NCBI GenBank assembly: GCA_902624105.1
Contig: CACNWH010000003.1
Span: 587-64,586 of the forward strand
DNA: 64,000 nt
Direction: 5' to 3'
Source: an uncultured Prochlorococcus sp.
GTDB taxonomy: Bacteria; Cyanobacteriota; Cyanobacteriia; PCC-6307; Cyanobiaceae
Shown here one piece after another: positions 33,596 to 46,224 of this stretch. The notes under the pieces are model-generated. The model saw only the letters and a program-made list of their open reading frames with translations, was not told the origin of the DNA and made no database searches. A program made the translations under genes and the position numbers. Within the stretch, counting starts at the first letter, position 1. Each line of letters opens with the position of its first letter.

Positions 33596-35416
33596 TTGAA
33601 AGTAGCAGCTATTAGTTTTTCTGAACAATCAGAAGAATTTTTAAATTCACTTAGAAGTTTAGACTTTTTAGATGAATTTTATATTGCAAGCTCCTCGCAA
33701 AATAATAATGTTGTTAATAAATCTGTTCTTAAAATAAATGTCAAAGAATTTATTCAAAAAAATTGGAGAAAAATCGATTTATTTTTATTTGTAGGTTCAA
33801 TTAGTGCAACTATCAGAATAATCTCTCCATTATTAAACTCTAAAGCAAAAGACCCTGGAGTAATTGTTATTGATAAAAAGTTTTCAAGAATTATTCCTTT
33901 AATTGGAATTCATCAACCTTTTTGTTACGAAATTTCACTCAAATTAGCAAATTTATTTGATGGGGATCTTGTCATGACAAATAATTCTATATTTGAAAAA
34001 TATCTCGATCTGGATTCTTTTGGTAGAAATTGGGGTTGGAATAGATCTGGTTCAATCAATGATTGGTCTGATCTAGTTATTAAGCAATCAAACAAACAAA
34101 ACATTTTTGTTAAACAATATTCAGGTAACAAAGTATGGAAGGAATCAGAAAGTGGCAAAAAAATTAATTTCCTTACTAATAAAGATAAAGTTGAGAAAGA
34201 AGAAAATACCTTTTTTATTAGTACAAAAAATTATCATAGAGCGGCTTGGCATCCAAGGACGCTATGGGTTGGGATTGGTTGTGAAAGAAATACTTCAGCA
34301 AAATTTATTGAAGATTGTATAAATAAATTATTTTTAAAATATGAAATATCTTTTTTTTCAATAGCTGGTTTAGCAACAGTTGATATAAAAAAAGATGAAA
34401 AAGCATTAATCGACATTACAAAAACAAAAAATTGGCCAATTAAATTTTTTTCAAATAAAGATTTACTAAAAGTAGAGGTTCCCAATCCCTCAAAGATAGT
34501 TTTTGAAGAGATTGGAACTTTTTCTGTTGCGGAAGCTGCAAGTCTTCTCGCTTGTGATAATGAAGGAGGTCAAATAGTAATTGAAAAAAATATTTTTAAG
34601 CATAAAGATCCTTCGGGGAAAAATTTAGGTGCAGTGACACTTGCTATAGCCGAGTCTAAAAAACAATTTGCACCTGAGAGAGGTTTTGTACATATTATTG
34701 GTAGTGGACCTGGTGCTATTTCATATTTAACTGGTGAATCTAAAGCAGCTTTATCTCAATGCTCAATTTGGATTGGTTATAAAAGATACTTAGATCTTCT
34801 TAACCCTTTAATGAGAGATGATCAAATAAGAATTGATAGTGAATTGACCCAAGAGAAACAAAGATGCGCTGAGGCAATTAGTTTGGCTCAGCAAGGAATC
34901 AAAGTTGCACTTATCTCTTCTGGTGATGCGGGAATATATGGAATGGCTGGATTATTAATAGAATTAATACAAAAACTAGAAATTCAATTTAGACCTTCGT
35001 TTGCTGTCCATCCAGGCATAAGTAGTTTGCAATTAGCTGCTGCATTAGCAGGAGCTCCCCTTATGAATGATTTCTGCGCAATAAGTTTGAGTGATAAATT
35101 AACTCCTTGGGAAACAATAAAGAAAAGAATAAATGGAGCTTTGATTGGAGATTTTGTAGTTGCAATTTTTAATCCTCAATCAAACGAGAGAAATTGGCAA
35201 TTAAGAACAACCATTGAAATGTTTTTAAAATTTAGAGCAAAAACTACTCCTGTTTTAGTTGCTAGACAAGTTGGAAGAAATCAACAAAAAAAAAGGATTT
35301 TTAATTTAGACACTATTCCTATTGACGAAATAGATATGCTTTCAATAATAATTATTGGTAATTCTAGTACAAAATTAGTTAATAATTTTTTAATTTCACC
35401 TAGAGGCTATTTATAA
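33596..35416 (+). CDS. cobJ: Fused CbiG / precorrin-3B C17-methyltransferase
   Basis: VGIGCER, SVAEAA (CbiG); IGSGPG, SSGDAGIYGMA (CobJ). Confidence 0.95.
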   Translation: MKVAAISFSEQSEEFLNSLRSLDFLDEFYIASSSQNNNVVNKSVLKINVKEFIQKNWRKIDLFLFVGSISATIRIISPLLNSKAKDPGVIVIDKKFSRIIPLIGIHQPFCYEISLKLANLFDGDLVMTNNSIFEKYLDLDSFGRNWGWNRSGSINDWSDLVIKQSNKQNIFVKQYSGNKVWKESESGKKINFLTNKDKVEKEENTFFISTKNYHRAAWHPRTLWVGIGCERNTSAKFIEDCINKLFLKYEISFFSIAGLATVDIKKDEKALIDITKTKNWPIKFFSNKDLLKVEVPNPSKIVFEEIGTFSVAEAASLLACDNEGGQIVIEKNIFKHKDPSGKNLGAVTLAIAESKKQFAPERGFVHIIGSGPGAISYLTGESKAALSQCSIWIGYKRYLDLLNPLMRDDQIRIDSELTQEKQRCAEAISLAQQGIKVALISSGDAGIYGMAGLLIELIQKLEIQFRPSFAVHPGISSLQLAAALAGAPLMNDFCAISLSDKLTPWETIKKRINGALIGDFVVAIFNPQSNERNWQLRTTIEMFLKFRAKTTPVLVARQVGRNQQKKRIFNLDTIPIDEIDMLSIIIIGNSSTKLVNNFLISPRGYL

Positions 35417-35489
35417 AACATGTAATATCTTCAAAGGTTAATAATTAATATTATTAGTAACATGAATTTATAAGTAGATATATTTTAGA

Positions 35490-36383
35490 ATGGTAAATAA
35501 AACAGAGAATTCATTAAAGAAACCAGAATGGTTAAGAGTTAAGGCTCCGCAAGTTGAAAGGATAGGAAATACAGCAGATCTACTTAGTGATTTAAAGCTT
35601 AATACCGTTTGTCAAGAAGCCAGTTGTCCTAACATTGGAGAATGTTTTTCGAGCGGAACGGCTACTTTCCTGATAATGGGACCAGGCTGTACAAGAGCTT
35701 GTCCTTATTGTGATATTGGTTTTGATAGGTCAAAAAGAGAGTTAGATCCAACTGAGCCGCATCGTTTGGCAGAGGCAGTTTATCGAATGAAACTTAAGCA
35801 TGTAGTTATTACTTCTGTTAATAGGGATGATCTGGATGATGGCGGCGCAATACAATTTTTTTCATGTGTATCGGAAATTAGGAAGAAATCGCCTGAGACA
35901 AGTATTGAATTATTAATTCCAGATTTATGCGGAAATTGGAATGCATTGGAAAAGATATTAGAAATACAACCAGATGTGATTAATCATAATATTGAAACAG
36001 TTCCTTCGTTATATCGGAAAGTAAGACCTCAGGGGAATTATCAAAGATCTCTTGAGTTATTAAAAAAAGTACGAGAATATAACTCTCGTATTTATACAAA
36101 GTCTGGATTTATGCTTGGATTAGGAGAAAAAGATGAAGAGGTATTAAATCTTTTAATGGATTTAAGGAAAAATGATGTGGATATTGTGACTATAGGCCAA
36201 TACTTATCTCCAGGTCCAAAGCATCTACCTGTACAAAGATTCGTCAGTCCATCGAAATTCAATTTTTTTAAATATTTTGGACAAAATGAACTCAATTTTT
36301 TACAAGTTGTAAGTTCTCCCCTTACTAGAAGTAGCTACCATGCTGAGGATATTCAGAAACTAATGAAACAATATCCAAGGTGA
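35490..36383 (+). CDS. lipA: Lipoyl synthase
   Basis: [26 protein letters not shown]. Confidence 0.98.
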   Translation: MVNKTENSLKKPEWLRVKAPQVERIGNTADLLSDLKLNTVCQEASCPNIGECFSSGTATFLIMGPGCTRACPYCDIGFDRSKRELDPTEPHRLAEAVYRMKLKHVVITSVNRDDLDDGGAIQFFSCVSEIRKKSPETSIELLIPDLCGNWNALEKILEIQPDVINHNIETVPSLYRKVRPQGNYQRSLELLKKVREYNSRIYTKSGFMLGLGEKDEEVLNLLMDLRKNDVDIVTIGQYLSPGPKHLPVQRFVSPSKFNFFKYFGQNELNFLQVVSSPLTRSSYHAEDIQKLMKQYPR

Positions 36384-36393
36384 TTTAATTTTT

Positions 36394-36687
36394 CTATTGG
36401 AAAATATTAATCCATTCATTTAATTTCCAATTAACCATATTATTTTTAATCATGGGATCATCTTTAATGATTTTTTCAGCCTCTTCAAAAGACTCACACT
36501 CAATAATTAAAAATCCACCTGCTCCAGGTACTTGATCCTTATCAACTAAAAAACCACTTTTAATGTAAAAACCCTGATCTATTAAATTTTTCACCCATAG
36601 TTTATGCTCTTTTATAGTATTGCTTTTAAAGTCGATGTCACTCAGATAATGTCTCTTGATGGTTTCAGTTTTTATGTAATAAGGCAT
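36394..36687 (-). CDS. YciI-family protein
   Basis: H...SG, GGFLI, DPMI. Confidence 0.85.
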   Translation of the reverse strand: MPYYIKTETIKRHYLSDIDFKSNTIKEHKLWVKNLIDQGFYIKSGFLVDKDQVPGAGGFLIIECESFEEAEKIIKDDPMIKNNMVNWKLNEWINIFQ

Positions 36688-39600
36688 TAACTCTTAGAGC
36701 TTTTATCTATAAGAAGAACCTGTTCTTCACTTGGAGGAACAATCATTTTAAAAATTTGTTTTGAATAATCCCAATCGTTCAGTAATTTTGAAGCTTTAAG
36801 GCTTCCAGTATGTTTAAGATAATCTGAAATAATGTCTTTAATAATTTTTTCTTGATGTGAATTATGTATCTTATGAATACTAACAATTTCTTTATTTACC
36901 TTCTTTTCTAACTGATTTTTTTCATCTAGGATAAAAGCTACTCCTCCTGTCATACCGGCCCCAATATTTCTACCAGTTGGTCCAAGAATTACTATTTTCC
37001 CTCCCGTCATATATTCGCAACAATGATCCCCAGCTCCCTCTGTTACTGCTGTGGCTCCACTATTTCTAACAGCAAATCTTTCTCCAGATTTTCCCAATGC
37101 ATATAATTTTCCTCCTGTCGCTCCATATAAACATGTATTCCCAAGGATGACTTGATTAGAGGAATTAAGATTTATAGTTTTTGGAACTACTGTGAGAATC
37201 CCCCCATTCATTCCTTTGCAAACATAATCATTTGCTTCACCAACAAGTTTGATATGCATGCCTTTAAGTAAAAAGGCACCAAAACTTTGGCCAGCCGCAC
37301 CAGTAAATTTGATATTTAATATTCCTTTAAACCCCTTATTGCCATGTAGCTCTGCTATCTCTCCAGATATTTTTGCACAGACACTTCTATCTGTATTGAT
37401 GATCATTAAATTTTTATCAAATGATTTATGATTTTTAATCGCTGAAATAAATATGGGATCATGTAGAAGATCATCTTCTAACACTGGCCCATTATCATGG
37501 GCATTTTTTGGATGTTTAATCCAAGATCTATCATCATTTCTATCACTATCTTCTATAAGTGAACTCAAATCTATATTATTAGTTTTTGGTAACGTAATCT
37601 TTCTTACTTTTAGAAATTCCTTATTCCCAATTAATTCTTCCATAGTGGTTACTCCAATAATGCTCATGATTTGTCTTATCTCTTCGGCTATATATATGAA
37701 AAAATTAACTACATGTTCTGGGATACCTTTGAATCTATTCCTTAACTCTTCTTTTTGAGTAGCCACACCAACAGGACATGTATTCTTATGACAAACACGA
37801 GCCATAATGCAACCCTCGGCGATCATTGCAACTGATCCAAATCCATATTCTTCAGCACCTAATAGTGCTGCTATAACAACATCCCAGCCTGTTTTTAGAC
37901 CTCCATCAGCTCTCAATAATACTCTTCCTCTAAGATTATTTTCCAAAAGCGATTTATGAACTTCTGCTAAACCTAATTCCCAAGGGAGACCAGCATGTTT
38001 TATTGAACTCAAGGGAGAGGCTCCAGTACCTCCATCATGTCCTGAAATCTGAATTACATCTGCATTTGCTTTGCTTACTCCAGCAGCAACAGTTCCAATA
38101 CCTATTTCTGAAACTAGCTTTACGCTGACTTTAGCTTTAGGGTGAATTTGATGAAGATCATGAATCAATTGAGCTAAGTCTTCAATTGAGTAAATATCAT
38201 GATGGGGAGGAGGAGATATTAGTGCAACTCCTGGTTTGCTGTTTCTTAACTTTGCAATATAGGTGTCAACTTTAGGTCCAGGAAGTTGCCCTCCTTCACC
38301 AGGCTTAGCACCTTGAGCCATTTTAATTTCAAGCTGTTGTGCACTTCTTAAATATTCTGGAGTAACACCGAATCTCCCTGAAGCAATTTGCTTTATAGCT
38401 GAACAAGCAGTATCTCCATTTTCGAGACCTCTTATAAATGGTAAGGTTGCAGATTTTGTATGTTCATCTATGTCATTTAAAACATTAAATCGCGCAGGAT
38501 CCTCTCCACCTTCCCCACTATTACTCTTTCCTCCAATTCTGTTCATCGCAATAGCAAGTACTTCATGAGCTTCTCTTGATAGAGCACCTAAGCTCATACC
38601 ACCAGTACAAAATCTTTTACAAATCGATTCGACGCTTTCTACCTTATTTAAAGAGATACTTTCTCTTGAAGAATCAATTGTAAGCAAATCTCTTAAGGCA
38701 GTTATAGGTCTATTTCTAATTAATTCTTGATAGGTATTGAAATGATCATATCCAGGCCCTTGTTTTAGAGCGGAATGCAAAATTTTTGACATTTCAGGAT
38801 TATTAGAATGATATTCTCCGTAATTCCTAAATTGAACAAAACCCAAGAACTCAAGCTTTTTGAGATCAATTTCTGGGTATGCTTTCGTATGTATTGAGAT
38901 TGTCTCAATAGCTAATTCTCTTAATGAAATTCCAGCAATCCTACTTGTTGTTCCATCAAATCCTTTTTTTATTAAATCGGAACCTAACCCTACCGCTTCA
39001 AAAATTTGAGCTCCATGGTAGCTTGCTAATAGAGATATTCCAATCTTAGATAAGATTTTTCTCAATCCATCTTCTAAAGCATTTTTAATATTTTTTTGAA
39101 CATCTTTTGCAGAGAATTTTTGTAATTTTCCACCATTGATAAGTTTGATTGTCTTGGGGTGTTTTAACCAGTGCCTACTAGATTCAAAGATAAGCCAAGG
39201 ACAAATAGCACTTGCACCATATCCAATAAGACAAGCCATATGATGTGTGCTCCAACATTGACCAGTTTCTATAACTAAAGATGCTTTCAATCTTATCTCT
39301 TTTTTTAGAAGATAATGATGAATTGTTCCCACAGCTAATAAAGGGGGAATGAAAGTTCTCTTTGGCGTAATGCCTTTATCTGAAATTATTAAAATAGAAC
39401 AATTATTTTTAATAGCATTTTCACTTTCAATACATATATCATTTAATCTTTTTTCAAGACACTCAATTCCAGATTCAATATCAAATAAGGTTGATATCGT
39501 ATGACACTTAATATCTTTATTCTGTATTTCTAAAAGCTCTCTTTCATTAAGTATGGGACTTTTTAGATGTATGGATGGTTTTATATCATTGAAACTAAAA

Positions 39601-41258
39601 GATGAACATCTCTCTCCGAGATACATCTCAAGACTCATTACAAGTTTTTCTCTTAGCGGATCTATTGGGGGATTAGTTACTTGAGCAAATCTCTGCTTGA
39701 AATAGTCATATAGTATGTGAGGTTTTGAAGAGAGTACCGCTAGTGGAATATCATCTCCCATACAATATGTTGGTTCTTTAGATAAAGAAGCCATTGAGTC
39801 AAGTATCAAATCATTATCTTCAGCTGAAAATCCATAAGCTGTTTGTTGTTGAAGAAGTTCTAAACCTTGCAATTCGCAAGATTCTTTCCATTCGTCATTT
39901 TCAATATCTATAGATCTTTTTTTAAGAAGTTTTTTATAGTTATATCTATTGGCTGCTGCAGACTTAACTTCCCAATTTCTTAGTATAGTTCCTTTCTGAA
40001 AATCAATAGCAAGCATCTGTCCAGGCCCTAATCGTCCTTTCTCAATTATTTTTGATTCATCTAGATTTACTACTCCTGTTTCTGAACCCATTACAACAAA
40101 GCCATCATTTGTTATTGAATATCTTGCAGGACGTAATCCATTCCTATCAAGAGTAGCTCCAATAAAATTACCATCTGAAAATGCTATGAGAGCTGGTCCG
40201 TCCCAAGCTTCCTGAAGACTTGCCGAATATTCGTAAAAACATTGAATTTCCTCTTTGTCTTCAAGTTCTGGTTGATCTCTAAAGGCTTCGGGCACTAATT
40301 TTAAAAGGGAATCAGTGATTAATTGACCTGAACGTACATTAATTTCTAAAGTCGCATCAAGATTAGCTGAATCACTCCTCGAATTATCAACAATTGGTTT
40401 CAAATCATTTGCTAAATCACCCCAAAAACTGTCTATGTGTTTTTCAGATGCTTTTGCCCAATTTATATTACCCAAAAGTGTATTAATTTCACCGTTATGA
40501 CCAAGAAATCTCATAGGTTGAGCTAAGGGCCATTTCGGAAGAGTATTTGTACTAAATCTTCGATGGTAAACAGAATATGAAACTTTAAAATCTTCATCTT
40601 GTAGATCCTTATAAAATTTGGGAAGTATCTCCGATCTAACCATTCCCTTATAAACAACAGTTTTGGAACTAAAGGATGCAAAATAAAAATCATCTTGCAT
40701 AGGCATGCTTTGTTTTACTTTTTTTTCAATCTTTTTTCTAAGCTGAAATAAAAGAAACTCAAAATCGTTAATATTTTTTTCGAAGGATACAAACCATTGG
40801 ATAACAAAAGGGGCATTCGCTTTGGCTAATGGTCCAAGTACATCTTTATTTACAGGAACTTCCCTCCATGTCGTTTTAGAAAAGTGTAAATTTGCTGCCT
40901 CCTCTTCACAAATAACCTTTATTGTTTTTATGAGATCTTCATCCTGAGGCATGAAAATCATTCCAAGACCAACATTTACTGCGTTGTCAATTACTAAATC
41001 ACTATTTTTTGATAAATAAGTCCAAGGGATTGAACATAAGATACCTGCCCCATCTCCTGAATCACTATCGCCTCCGCAACCTCCTCTGTGTTCCATGCAA
41101 TCAAGTCCACGTAAGGATTCCCTTAAAACCCAATTACTTTCTTTCCCATAAATATGGGCGACAAATCCTACTCCGCAAGCATCTTTCTCTCCCGAGACAG
41201 CTTTTGGAGAGTAACTATCTTTATATGGATTAATATAATTTTTAAGTTTCTTTGGCAT
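36687..41258 (-). CDS. glsF: Ferredoxin-dependent glutamate synthase
   Basis: CGVGF, HRRFSTNT, QGAKPGEGGQLPG, GXGXG domain. Confidence 0.98.
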   Translation of the reverse strand: MPKKLKNYINPYKDSYSPKAVSGEKDACGVGFVAHIYGKESNWVLRESLRGLDCMEHRGGCGGDSDSGDGAGILCSIPWTYLSKNSDLVIDNAVNVGLGMIFMPQDEDLIKTIKVICEEEAANLHFSKTTWREVPVNKDVLGPLAKANAPFVIQWFVSFEKNINDFEFLLFQLRKKIEKKVKQSMPMQDDFYFASFSSKTVVYKGMVRSEILPKFYKDLQDEDFKVSYSVYHRRFSTNTLPKWPLAQPMRFLGHNGEINTLLGNINWAKASEKHIDSFWGDLANDLKPIVDNSRSDSANLDATLEINVRSGQLITDSLLKLVPEAFRDQPELEDKEEIQCFYEYSASLQEAWDGPALIAFSDGNFIGATLDRNGLRPARYSITNDGFVVMGSETGVVNLDESKIIEKGRLGPGQMLAIDFQKGTILRNWEVKSAAANRYNYKKLLKKRSIDIENDEWKESCELQGLELLQQQTAYGFSAEDNDLILDSMASLSKEPTYCMGDDIPLAVLSSKPHILYDYFKQRFAQVTNPPIDPLREKLVMSLEMYLGERCSSFSFNDIKPSIHLKSPILNERELLEIQNKDIKCHTISTLFDIESGIECLEKRLNDICIESENAIKNNCSILIISDKGITPKRTFIPPLLAVGTIHHYLLKKEIRLKASLVIETGQCWSTHHMACLIGYGASAICPWLIFESSRHWLKHPKTIKLINGGKLQKFSAKDVQKNIKNALEDGLRKILSKIGISLLASYHGAQIFEAVGLGSDLIKKGFDGTTSRIAGISLRELAIETISIHTKAYPEIDLKKLEFLGFVQFRNYGEYHSNNPEMSKILHSALKQGPGYDHFNTYQELIRNRPITALRDLLTIDSSRESISLNKVESVESICKRFCTGGMSLGALSREAHEVLAIAMNRIGGKSNSGEGGEDPARFNVLNDIDEHTKSATLPFIRGLENGDTACSAIKQIASGRFGVTPEYLRSAQQLEIKMAQGAKPGEGGQLPGPKVDTYIAKLRNSKPGVALISPPPHHDIYSIEDLAQLIHDLHQIHPKAKVSVKLVSEIGIGTVAAGVSKANADVIQISGHDGGTGASPLSSIKHAGLPWELGLAEVHKSLLENNLRGRVLLRADGGLKTGWDVVIAALLGAEEYGFGSVAMIAEGCIMARVCHKNTCPVGVATQKEELRNRFKGIPEHVVNFFIYIAEEIRQIMSIIGVTTMEELIGNKEFLKVRKITLPKTNNIDLSSLIEDSDRNDDRSWIKHPKNAHDNGPVLEDDLLHDPIFISAIKNHKSFDKNLMIINTDRSVCAKISGEIAELHGNKGFKGILNIKFTGAAGQSFGAFLLKGMHIKLVGEANDYVCKGMNGGILTVVPKTINLNSSNQVILGNTCLYGATGGKLYALGKSGERFAVRNSGATAVTEGAGDHCCEYMTGGKIVILGPTGRNIGAGMTGGVAFILDEKNQLEKKVNKEIVSIHKIHNSHQEKIIKDIISDYLKHTGSLKASKLLNDWDYSKQIFKMIVPPSEEQVLLIDKSSKS

Positions 41259-41450
41259 AGAAATTTTTGATTTATTAAATTTGAAAAATTTAATACATTT
41301 ATTATAAAAATAAATTCTTAAATAGAACTAAAAATCATGAAGAATTACTAAAAGATTTTTTATCCTTTTTCGTGAAATCTTTTAAAAAAGTGCCTTAATT
41401 ACTCATTAAAGGTTATGATAATCAAATACTATTTTAAATTATAAAATTTA

Positions 41451-41828
41451 ATGCCCACTATTCAACAGTTAATCAGTTCTGAAAGAAAAAGCCTGAAAAG
41501 GAAAACTAAATCACCAGCTTTAAAATCATGTCCGGAGAGAAGAGGTGTATGTACAAGAGTTTATACTTCCACTCCGAAGAAACCTAATTCTGCATTGAGA
41601 AAAGTTGCTAGGGTGAGATTAACTTCTGGATTCGAAGTTACGGCATACATACCTGGTATCGGTCATAATTTGCAGGAGCACTCAGTTGTTCTACTAAGAG
41701 GTGGAAGAGTTAAAGATCTTCCAGGAGTTAGATATCATATAATTAGAGGTACTTTAGATACTGCTGGAGTCAAAGATAGGCGCCAAGCTAGGTCAAAATA
41801 TGGAGCAAAAGCCCCAAAAAACAATTAA
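41451..41828 (+). CDS. rpsL: 30S ribosomal protein S12
   Basis: [18 protein letters not shown]. Confidence 0.99.
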   Translation: MPTIQQLISSERKSLKRKTKSPALKSCPERRGVCTRVYTSTPKKPNSALRKVARVRLTSGFEVTAYIPGIGHNLQEHSVVLLRGGRVKDLPGVRYHIIRGTLDTAGVKDRRQARSKYGAKAPKNN

Positions 41829-41853
41829 ACTTTTAATCATTTAATTTAAAAAT

Positions 41854-42324
41854 ATGTCTCGTCGAAATGCAGCTGTAAAAAGACAAGTTTTACCTGATCC
41901 CCAATTTAATAGTCGTTTGGCTTCCATGATGATATCAAGATTAATGAAGCATGGGAAAAAATCTACAGCACAGAGGATACTATCAGATGCTTTCTCTTTG
42001 ATTAATGAGAGGACAGGAAGTGATCCTGTGGATCTTTTTGAAACAGCAGTTAAAAATGCGACACCTTTAGTTGAAGTAAGAGCTAGAAGAGTTGGAGGAG
42101 CTACATATCAGGTTCCGATGGAGGTGCGCCAAGAACGTGGAATAGCTATGGCTTTAAGATGGTTAGTTACTTTTTCTAGAGCTAGAAATGGGAAAAGTAT
42201 GGCTCAAAAATTAGCTGGAGAATTAATGGACGCTGCTAATGAGACAGGAAGTGCTGTTAAAAAAAGAGAGGATACACATAAAATGGCAGAAGCAAATAAA
42301 GCTTTTGCACATTATAGATACTAA
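41854..42324 (+). CDS. rpsG: 30S ribosomal protein S7
   Basis: [11 protein letters not shown]. Confidence 0.99.
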   Translation: MSRRNAAVKRQVLPDPQFNSRLASMMISRLMKHGKKSTAQRILSDAFSLINERTGSDPVDLFETAVKNATPLVEVRARRVGGATYQVPMEVRQERGIAMALRWLVTFSRARNGKSMAQKLAGELMDAANETGSAVKKREDTHKMAEANKAFAHYRY

Positions 42325-42427
42325 GAACATCCTAAATAGAAATTATTTGTTCTATTATTAAACACATACTTTATGTTATTTTAATAAACTAAAGCTTATT
42401 GCAATTAATTTATTTGGAGTTTGAAAA

Positions 42428-44503
42428 TTGGCACGAGATTTCCCACTGGAACGTATACGTAATATAGGAATTGCAGCACACATCGATGCTGGTAAGACTA
42501 CAACGACTGAAAGAATTTTATTTTATTCAGGTGTAGTTCACAAAATTGGAGAAGTCCATGATGGTGCTGCCGTAACTGATTGGATGGCTCAAGAAAGAGA
42601 AAGAGGTATTACTATTACAGCTGCAGCTATATCAACAAGTTGGCAAGATCACAGAATTAATATTATTGATACCCCCGGTCACGTTGATTTCACGATAGAA
42701 GTTGAAAGATCAATGAGAGTTTTAGATGGAGTAATAGCTGTATTCTGCGCAGTAGGAGGAGTACAGCCTCAATCAGAGACTGTTTGGCGACAAGCTGATA
42801 GATATTCTGTACCAAGGATGGTATTTGTTAATAAAATGGATAGAACAGGAGCTGATTTCCTTAAAGTTTATAACCAAATAAAAGACCGTCTTAAAGCTAA
42901 TGCTGTTCCAATTCAATTACCGATTGGGGCGGAGGGAGATCTTTCTGGAATCATTGATTTGGTTTCAAATAAAGCTTATCTCTACAAAAATGATTTGGGA
43001 ACAGATATCGAAGAAGCTCCTATTCCAGATGATATGAAAGATTTATCTGATGAATGGAGAAGTAAGCTAATGGAAAGTATTGCTGAAAATGATGAGGAAC
43101 TTATAGAAGCTTTCTTGGAGAAAGGTGAATTGTCCGAAGAACAACTAAAAAAAGGTATTAGAGAAGGGGTTTTAAAGCATGGTTTAGTACCAATGCTTTG
43201 TGGCTCAGCATTCAAAAATAAAGGAGTACAACTTGTACTAGATGCTGTTGTTGATTATTTACCAGCTCCTGTTGACGTTAAACCAATTCAAGGCATCTTA
43301 CCAAATGGAAAGGAGGATATAAGACCTTCAGATGACAGTGCTCCCTTTAGTGCACTTGCTTTTAAGGTTATGTCAGATCCTTACGGTAAATTAACTTTTG
43401 TAAGAATGTATTCAGGAGTTTTATCTAAGGGAAGTTACGTTATGAACTCTACAAAAGATGCAAAAGAAAGAATTTCTAGGCTCGTAATATTAAAAGCTGA
43501 TGAAAGAGAAGAAGTGGATGAATTAAGAGCGGGAGACCTTGGTGCAGTTTTAGGTTTAAAAAATACTACTACTGGAGATACATTATGCAACACGGAAGAT
43601 CCCATTGTTCTGGAAACTTTATTTATTCCTGAACCTGTCATATCAGTAGCAGTAGAGCCCAAAACAAAAGGGGACATGGAAAAGCTGTCTAAAGCTTTAC
43701 AAGCTCTTTCAGAAGAAGATCCAACTTTTAGAGTTAGTACAGATCAAGAGACAAACCAAACAGTTATTGCTGGCATGGGAGAACTTCATCTAGAAATTCT
43801 TGTAGATAGAATGTTGAGAGAATTTAAGGTAGAAGCAAACATAGGAGCACCCCAAGTTTCCTATAGAGAGACTATTAGATCTAGCTCAAAAGGTGAAGGC
43901 AAATACGCAAGACAAACTGGAGGAAAAGGACAATATGGACATGTGATAATCGAAATGGAACCAGCCGAATCAGGCGCTGGGTTTGAATTTGTTAACAAAA
44001 TTGTTGGAGGATCAGTCCCAAAGGAGTATATTGGACCTGCAGAAAGTGGTATGAAAGAGACCTGTGAATCAGGTGTTCTAGCAGGTTATCCATTGATTGA
44101 TGTAAAAGTTACACTAGTCGATGGTTCCTTCCACGATGTAGACTCTTCTGAAATGGCCTTTAAAATTGCAGGTTCAATGGCTTTTAAAGATGGGGTGAAA
44201 AAATGTAACCCTGTTCTTTTAGAGCCTATGATGAAAGTTGAGGTCGAAAGTCCCGACGATTTTCTAGGATCTGTAATAGGTGATCTCTCCTCAAGGAGAG
44301 GTCAAGTAGAAGGGCAATCTGTCGATGATGGGTTGTCTAAAGTACAGGCCAAAGTGCCTCTAGCCGAAATGTTTGGCTATGCAACACAGCTCCGATCAAT
44401 GACTCAAGGTCGGGGTATCTTTTCAATGGAGTTCGCCAACTACGAGGAAGTTCCTCGTAATGTTGCTGAAGCAATTATCTCCAAGAATCAGGGCAACTCC
44501 TGA
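42428..44503 (+). CDS. fusA: Elongation factor G
   Basis: [14 protein letters not shown]. Confidence 0.99.
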   Translation: MARDFPLERIRNIGIAAHIDAGKTTTTERILFYSGVVHKIGEVHDGAAVTDWMAQERERGITITAAAISTSWQDHRINIIDTPGHVDFTIEVERSMRVLDGVIAVFCAVGGVQPQSETVWRQADRYSVPRMVFVNKMDRTGADFLKVYNQIKDRLKANAVPIQLPIGAEGDLSGIIDLVSNKAYLYKNDLGTDIEEAPIPDDMKDLSDEWRSKLMESIAENDEELIEAFLEKGELSEEQLKKGIREGVLKHGLVPMLCGSAFKNKGVQLVLDAVVDYLPAPVDVKPIQGILPNGKEDIRPSDDSAPFSALAFKVMSDPYGKLTFVRMYSGVLSKGSYVMNSTKDAKERISRLVILKADEREEVDELRAGDLGAVLGLKNTTTGDTLCNTEDPIVLETLFIPEPVISVAVEPKTKGDMEKLSKALQALSEEDPTFRVSTDQETNQTVIAGMGELHLEILVDRMLREFKVEANIGAPQVSYRETIRSSSKGEGKYARQTGGKGQYGHVIIEMEPAESGAGFEFVNKIVGGSVPKEYIGPAESGMKETCESGVLAGYPLIDVKVTLVDGSFHDVDSSEMAFKIAGSMAFKDGVKKCNPVLLEPMMKVEVESPDDFLGSVIGDLSSRRGQVEGQSVDDGLSKVQAKVPLAEMFGYATQLRSMTQGRGIFSMEFANYEEVPRNVAEAIISKNQGNS

Positions 44504-44550
44504 TCTCTTATCCAAAATAAACATCCTTTATCCCTCGATTCTTAATTCAA

Positions 44551-45750
44551 ATGGCTCGCGAGAAGTTCGAAAGAAACAAACCACACGTTAACATTGGTAC
44601 TATTGGCCATGTTGATCATGGAAAAACAACATTGACTGCTGCTATCACTAATGTTTTAGCAAAAAAAGGTCAAGCCCAAGCTCAAGACTATGGAGACATT
44701 GATGGTGCTCCAGAAGAAAGGGAGCGTGGTATTACTATAAATACAGCTCACGTAGAGTATGAGACTGAAGGCAGGCATTATGCTCATGTTGATTGCCCAG
44801 GTCATGCTGACTATGTAAAAAATATGATTACTGGTGCTGCTCAAATGGACGGAGCTATTCTTGTCTGCGCAGCAACTGATGGTCCTATGGCTCAGACAAA
44901 AGAACATATCCTTTTAGCTAAGCAAGTCGGAGTTCCTGCTCTAGTTGTTGCCTTAAATAAATGCGACATGGTAGATGATGAGGAAATTATTGAATTAGTT
45001 GAAATGGAAATTAGAGAGCTTCTAGATAGTTACGATTTCCCAGGAGATGATATTCCAATAATTCAAGTATCAGGCCTAAAAGCTCTTGAAGGGGATTCAA
45101 CTTGGGAATCTAAAATTGAAGAATTAATGAAAGCTGTTGACTCTAGCATTCCCGAACCAGAAAGAGAAGTTGATAAACCATTCTTGATGGCAGTTGAAGA
45201 CGTATTTTCTATTACTGGTAGAGGTACTGTTGCAACTGGTAGGATCGAGAGAGGCAAGGTAAAAGTCGGAGAAGAAGTTGAAATTGTCGGTATAAGAGAT
45301 ACTAGATTGACAACAGTCACTGGTGTTGAAATGTTCAGAAAGCTTCTAGATGAAGGTATGGCTGGAGATAATGTAGGACTTCTTCTTAGAGGTGTTCAAA
45401 AAGAAGATATTGAGAGGGGGATGGTACTTGTTAAAAAAGGGTCAATAACTCCTCATACTCAATTTGAAGGTGAGGTTTATGTTTTAAAGAAAGAGGAGGG
45501 TGGAAGACATACTCCTTTCTTTACGGGTTATAGACCACAATTCTATATTAGAACCACAGACGTAACTGGACAGATAACTGCGTTTACTTCAGATGATGGT
45601 TCAAATGTTGAGATGGTTATGCCAGGTGATAGGATCAAAATGACAGGAGAGCTTATTTGTCCTGTCGCTATCGAACAGGGAATGCGCTTTGCTATTAGAG
45701 AAGGAGGACGCACAATTGGAGCTGGTGTTGTTTCTAAAATAATTAAATAG
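44551..45750 (+). CDS. tuf: Elongation factor Tu
   Basis: [14 protein letters not shown]. Confidence 0.99.
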   Translation: MAREKFERNKPHVNIGTIGHVDHGKTTLTAAITNVLAKKGQAQAQDYGDIDGAPEERERGITINTAHVEYETEGRHYAHVDCPGHADYVKNMITGAAQMDGAILVCAATDGPMAQTKEHILLAKQVGVPALVVALNKCDMVDDEEIIELVEMEIRELLDSYDFPGDDIPIIQVSGLKALEGDSTWESKIEELMKAVDSSIPEPEREVDKPFLMAVEDVFSITGRGTVATGRIERGKVKVGEEVEIVGIRDTRLTTVTGVEMFRKLLDEGMAGDNVGLLLRGVQKEDIERGMVLVKKGSITPHTQFEGEVYVLKKEEGGRHTPFFTGYRPQFYIRTTDVTGQITAFTSDDGSNVEMVMPGDRIKMTGELICPVAIEQGMRFAIREGGRTIGAGVVSKIIK

Positions 45751-45800
45751 ATTTTAATTATTAAGAATAGTACATCTATCAATTAGAATAGATTCCATTG

Positions 45801-45826
45801 ATGGGTTATATATTTTTATAACCCAT
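45801..45826 (+). terminator. Hairpin between tuf and rpsJ (terminator or stability element)
   Basis: ATGGGTTATA/TATAACCCAT 10-bp perfect stem. Confidence 0.6.
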
Positions 45827-45847
45827 TTAATATATTATCTTTGACTT

Positions 45848-46168
45848 ATGACTGCATCTATAGCACAACAAAAAATTCGTATTAGATTAAAAGCGTTTGA
45901 TAGAAGAATGTTAGATTTATCTTGCGATAAAATTATTCAAACTGCAGATACAACTTCAGCTTCTGCTATAGGTCCTATCCCATTACCCACCAAAAGGAAA
46001 ATTTATTGTGTTTTAAGATCACCTCACGTAGATAAGGACTCAAGGGAACATTTTGAAACTCGAACTCATAGAAGGATTATTGATATTTATAGTCCATCTG
46101 CTAAAACTATAGATGCTTTGATGAAATTAGATCTTCCAAGTGGAGTTGATATAGAAGTTAAGCTTTAA
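45848..46168 (+). CDS. rpsJ: 30S ribosomal protein S10
   Basis: [20 protein letters not shown]. Confidence 0.99.
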   Translation: MTASIAQQKIRIRLKAFDRRMLDLSCDKIIQTADTTSASAIGPIPLPTKRKIYCVLRSPHVDKDSREHFETRTHRRIIDIYSPSAKTIDALMKLDLPSGVDIEVKL

Positions 46169-46224
46169 ATTTGCCCGATTGTAGTCTAAAGTTACTAAAA
46201 TAAATAGAAATCGTTAATTTAAAT

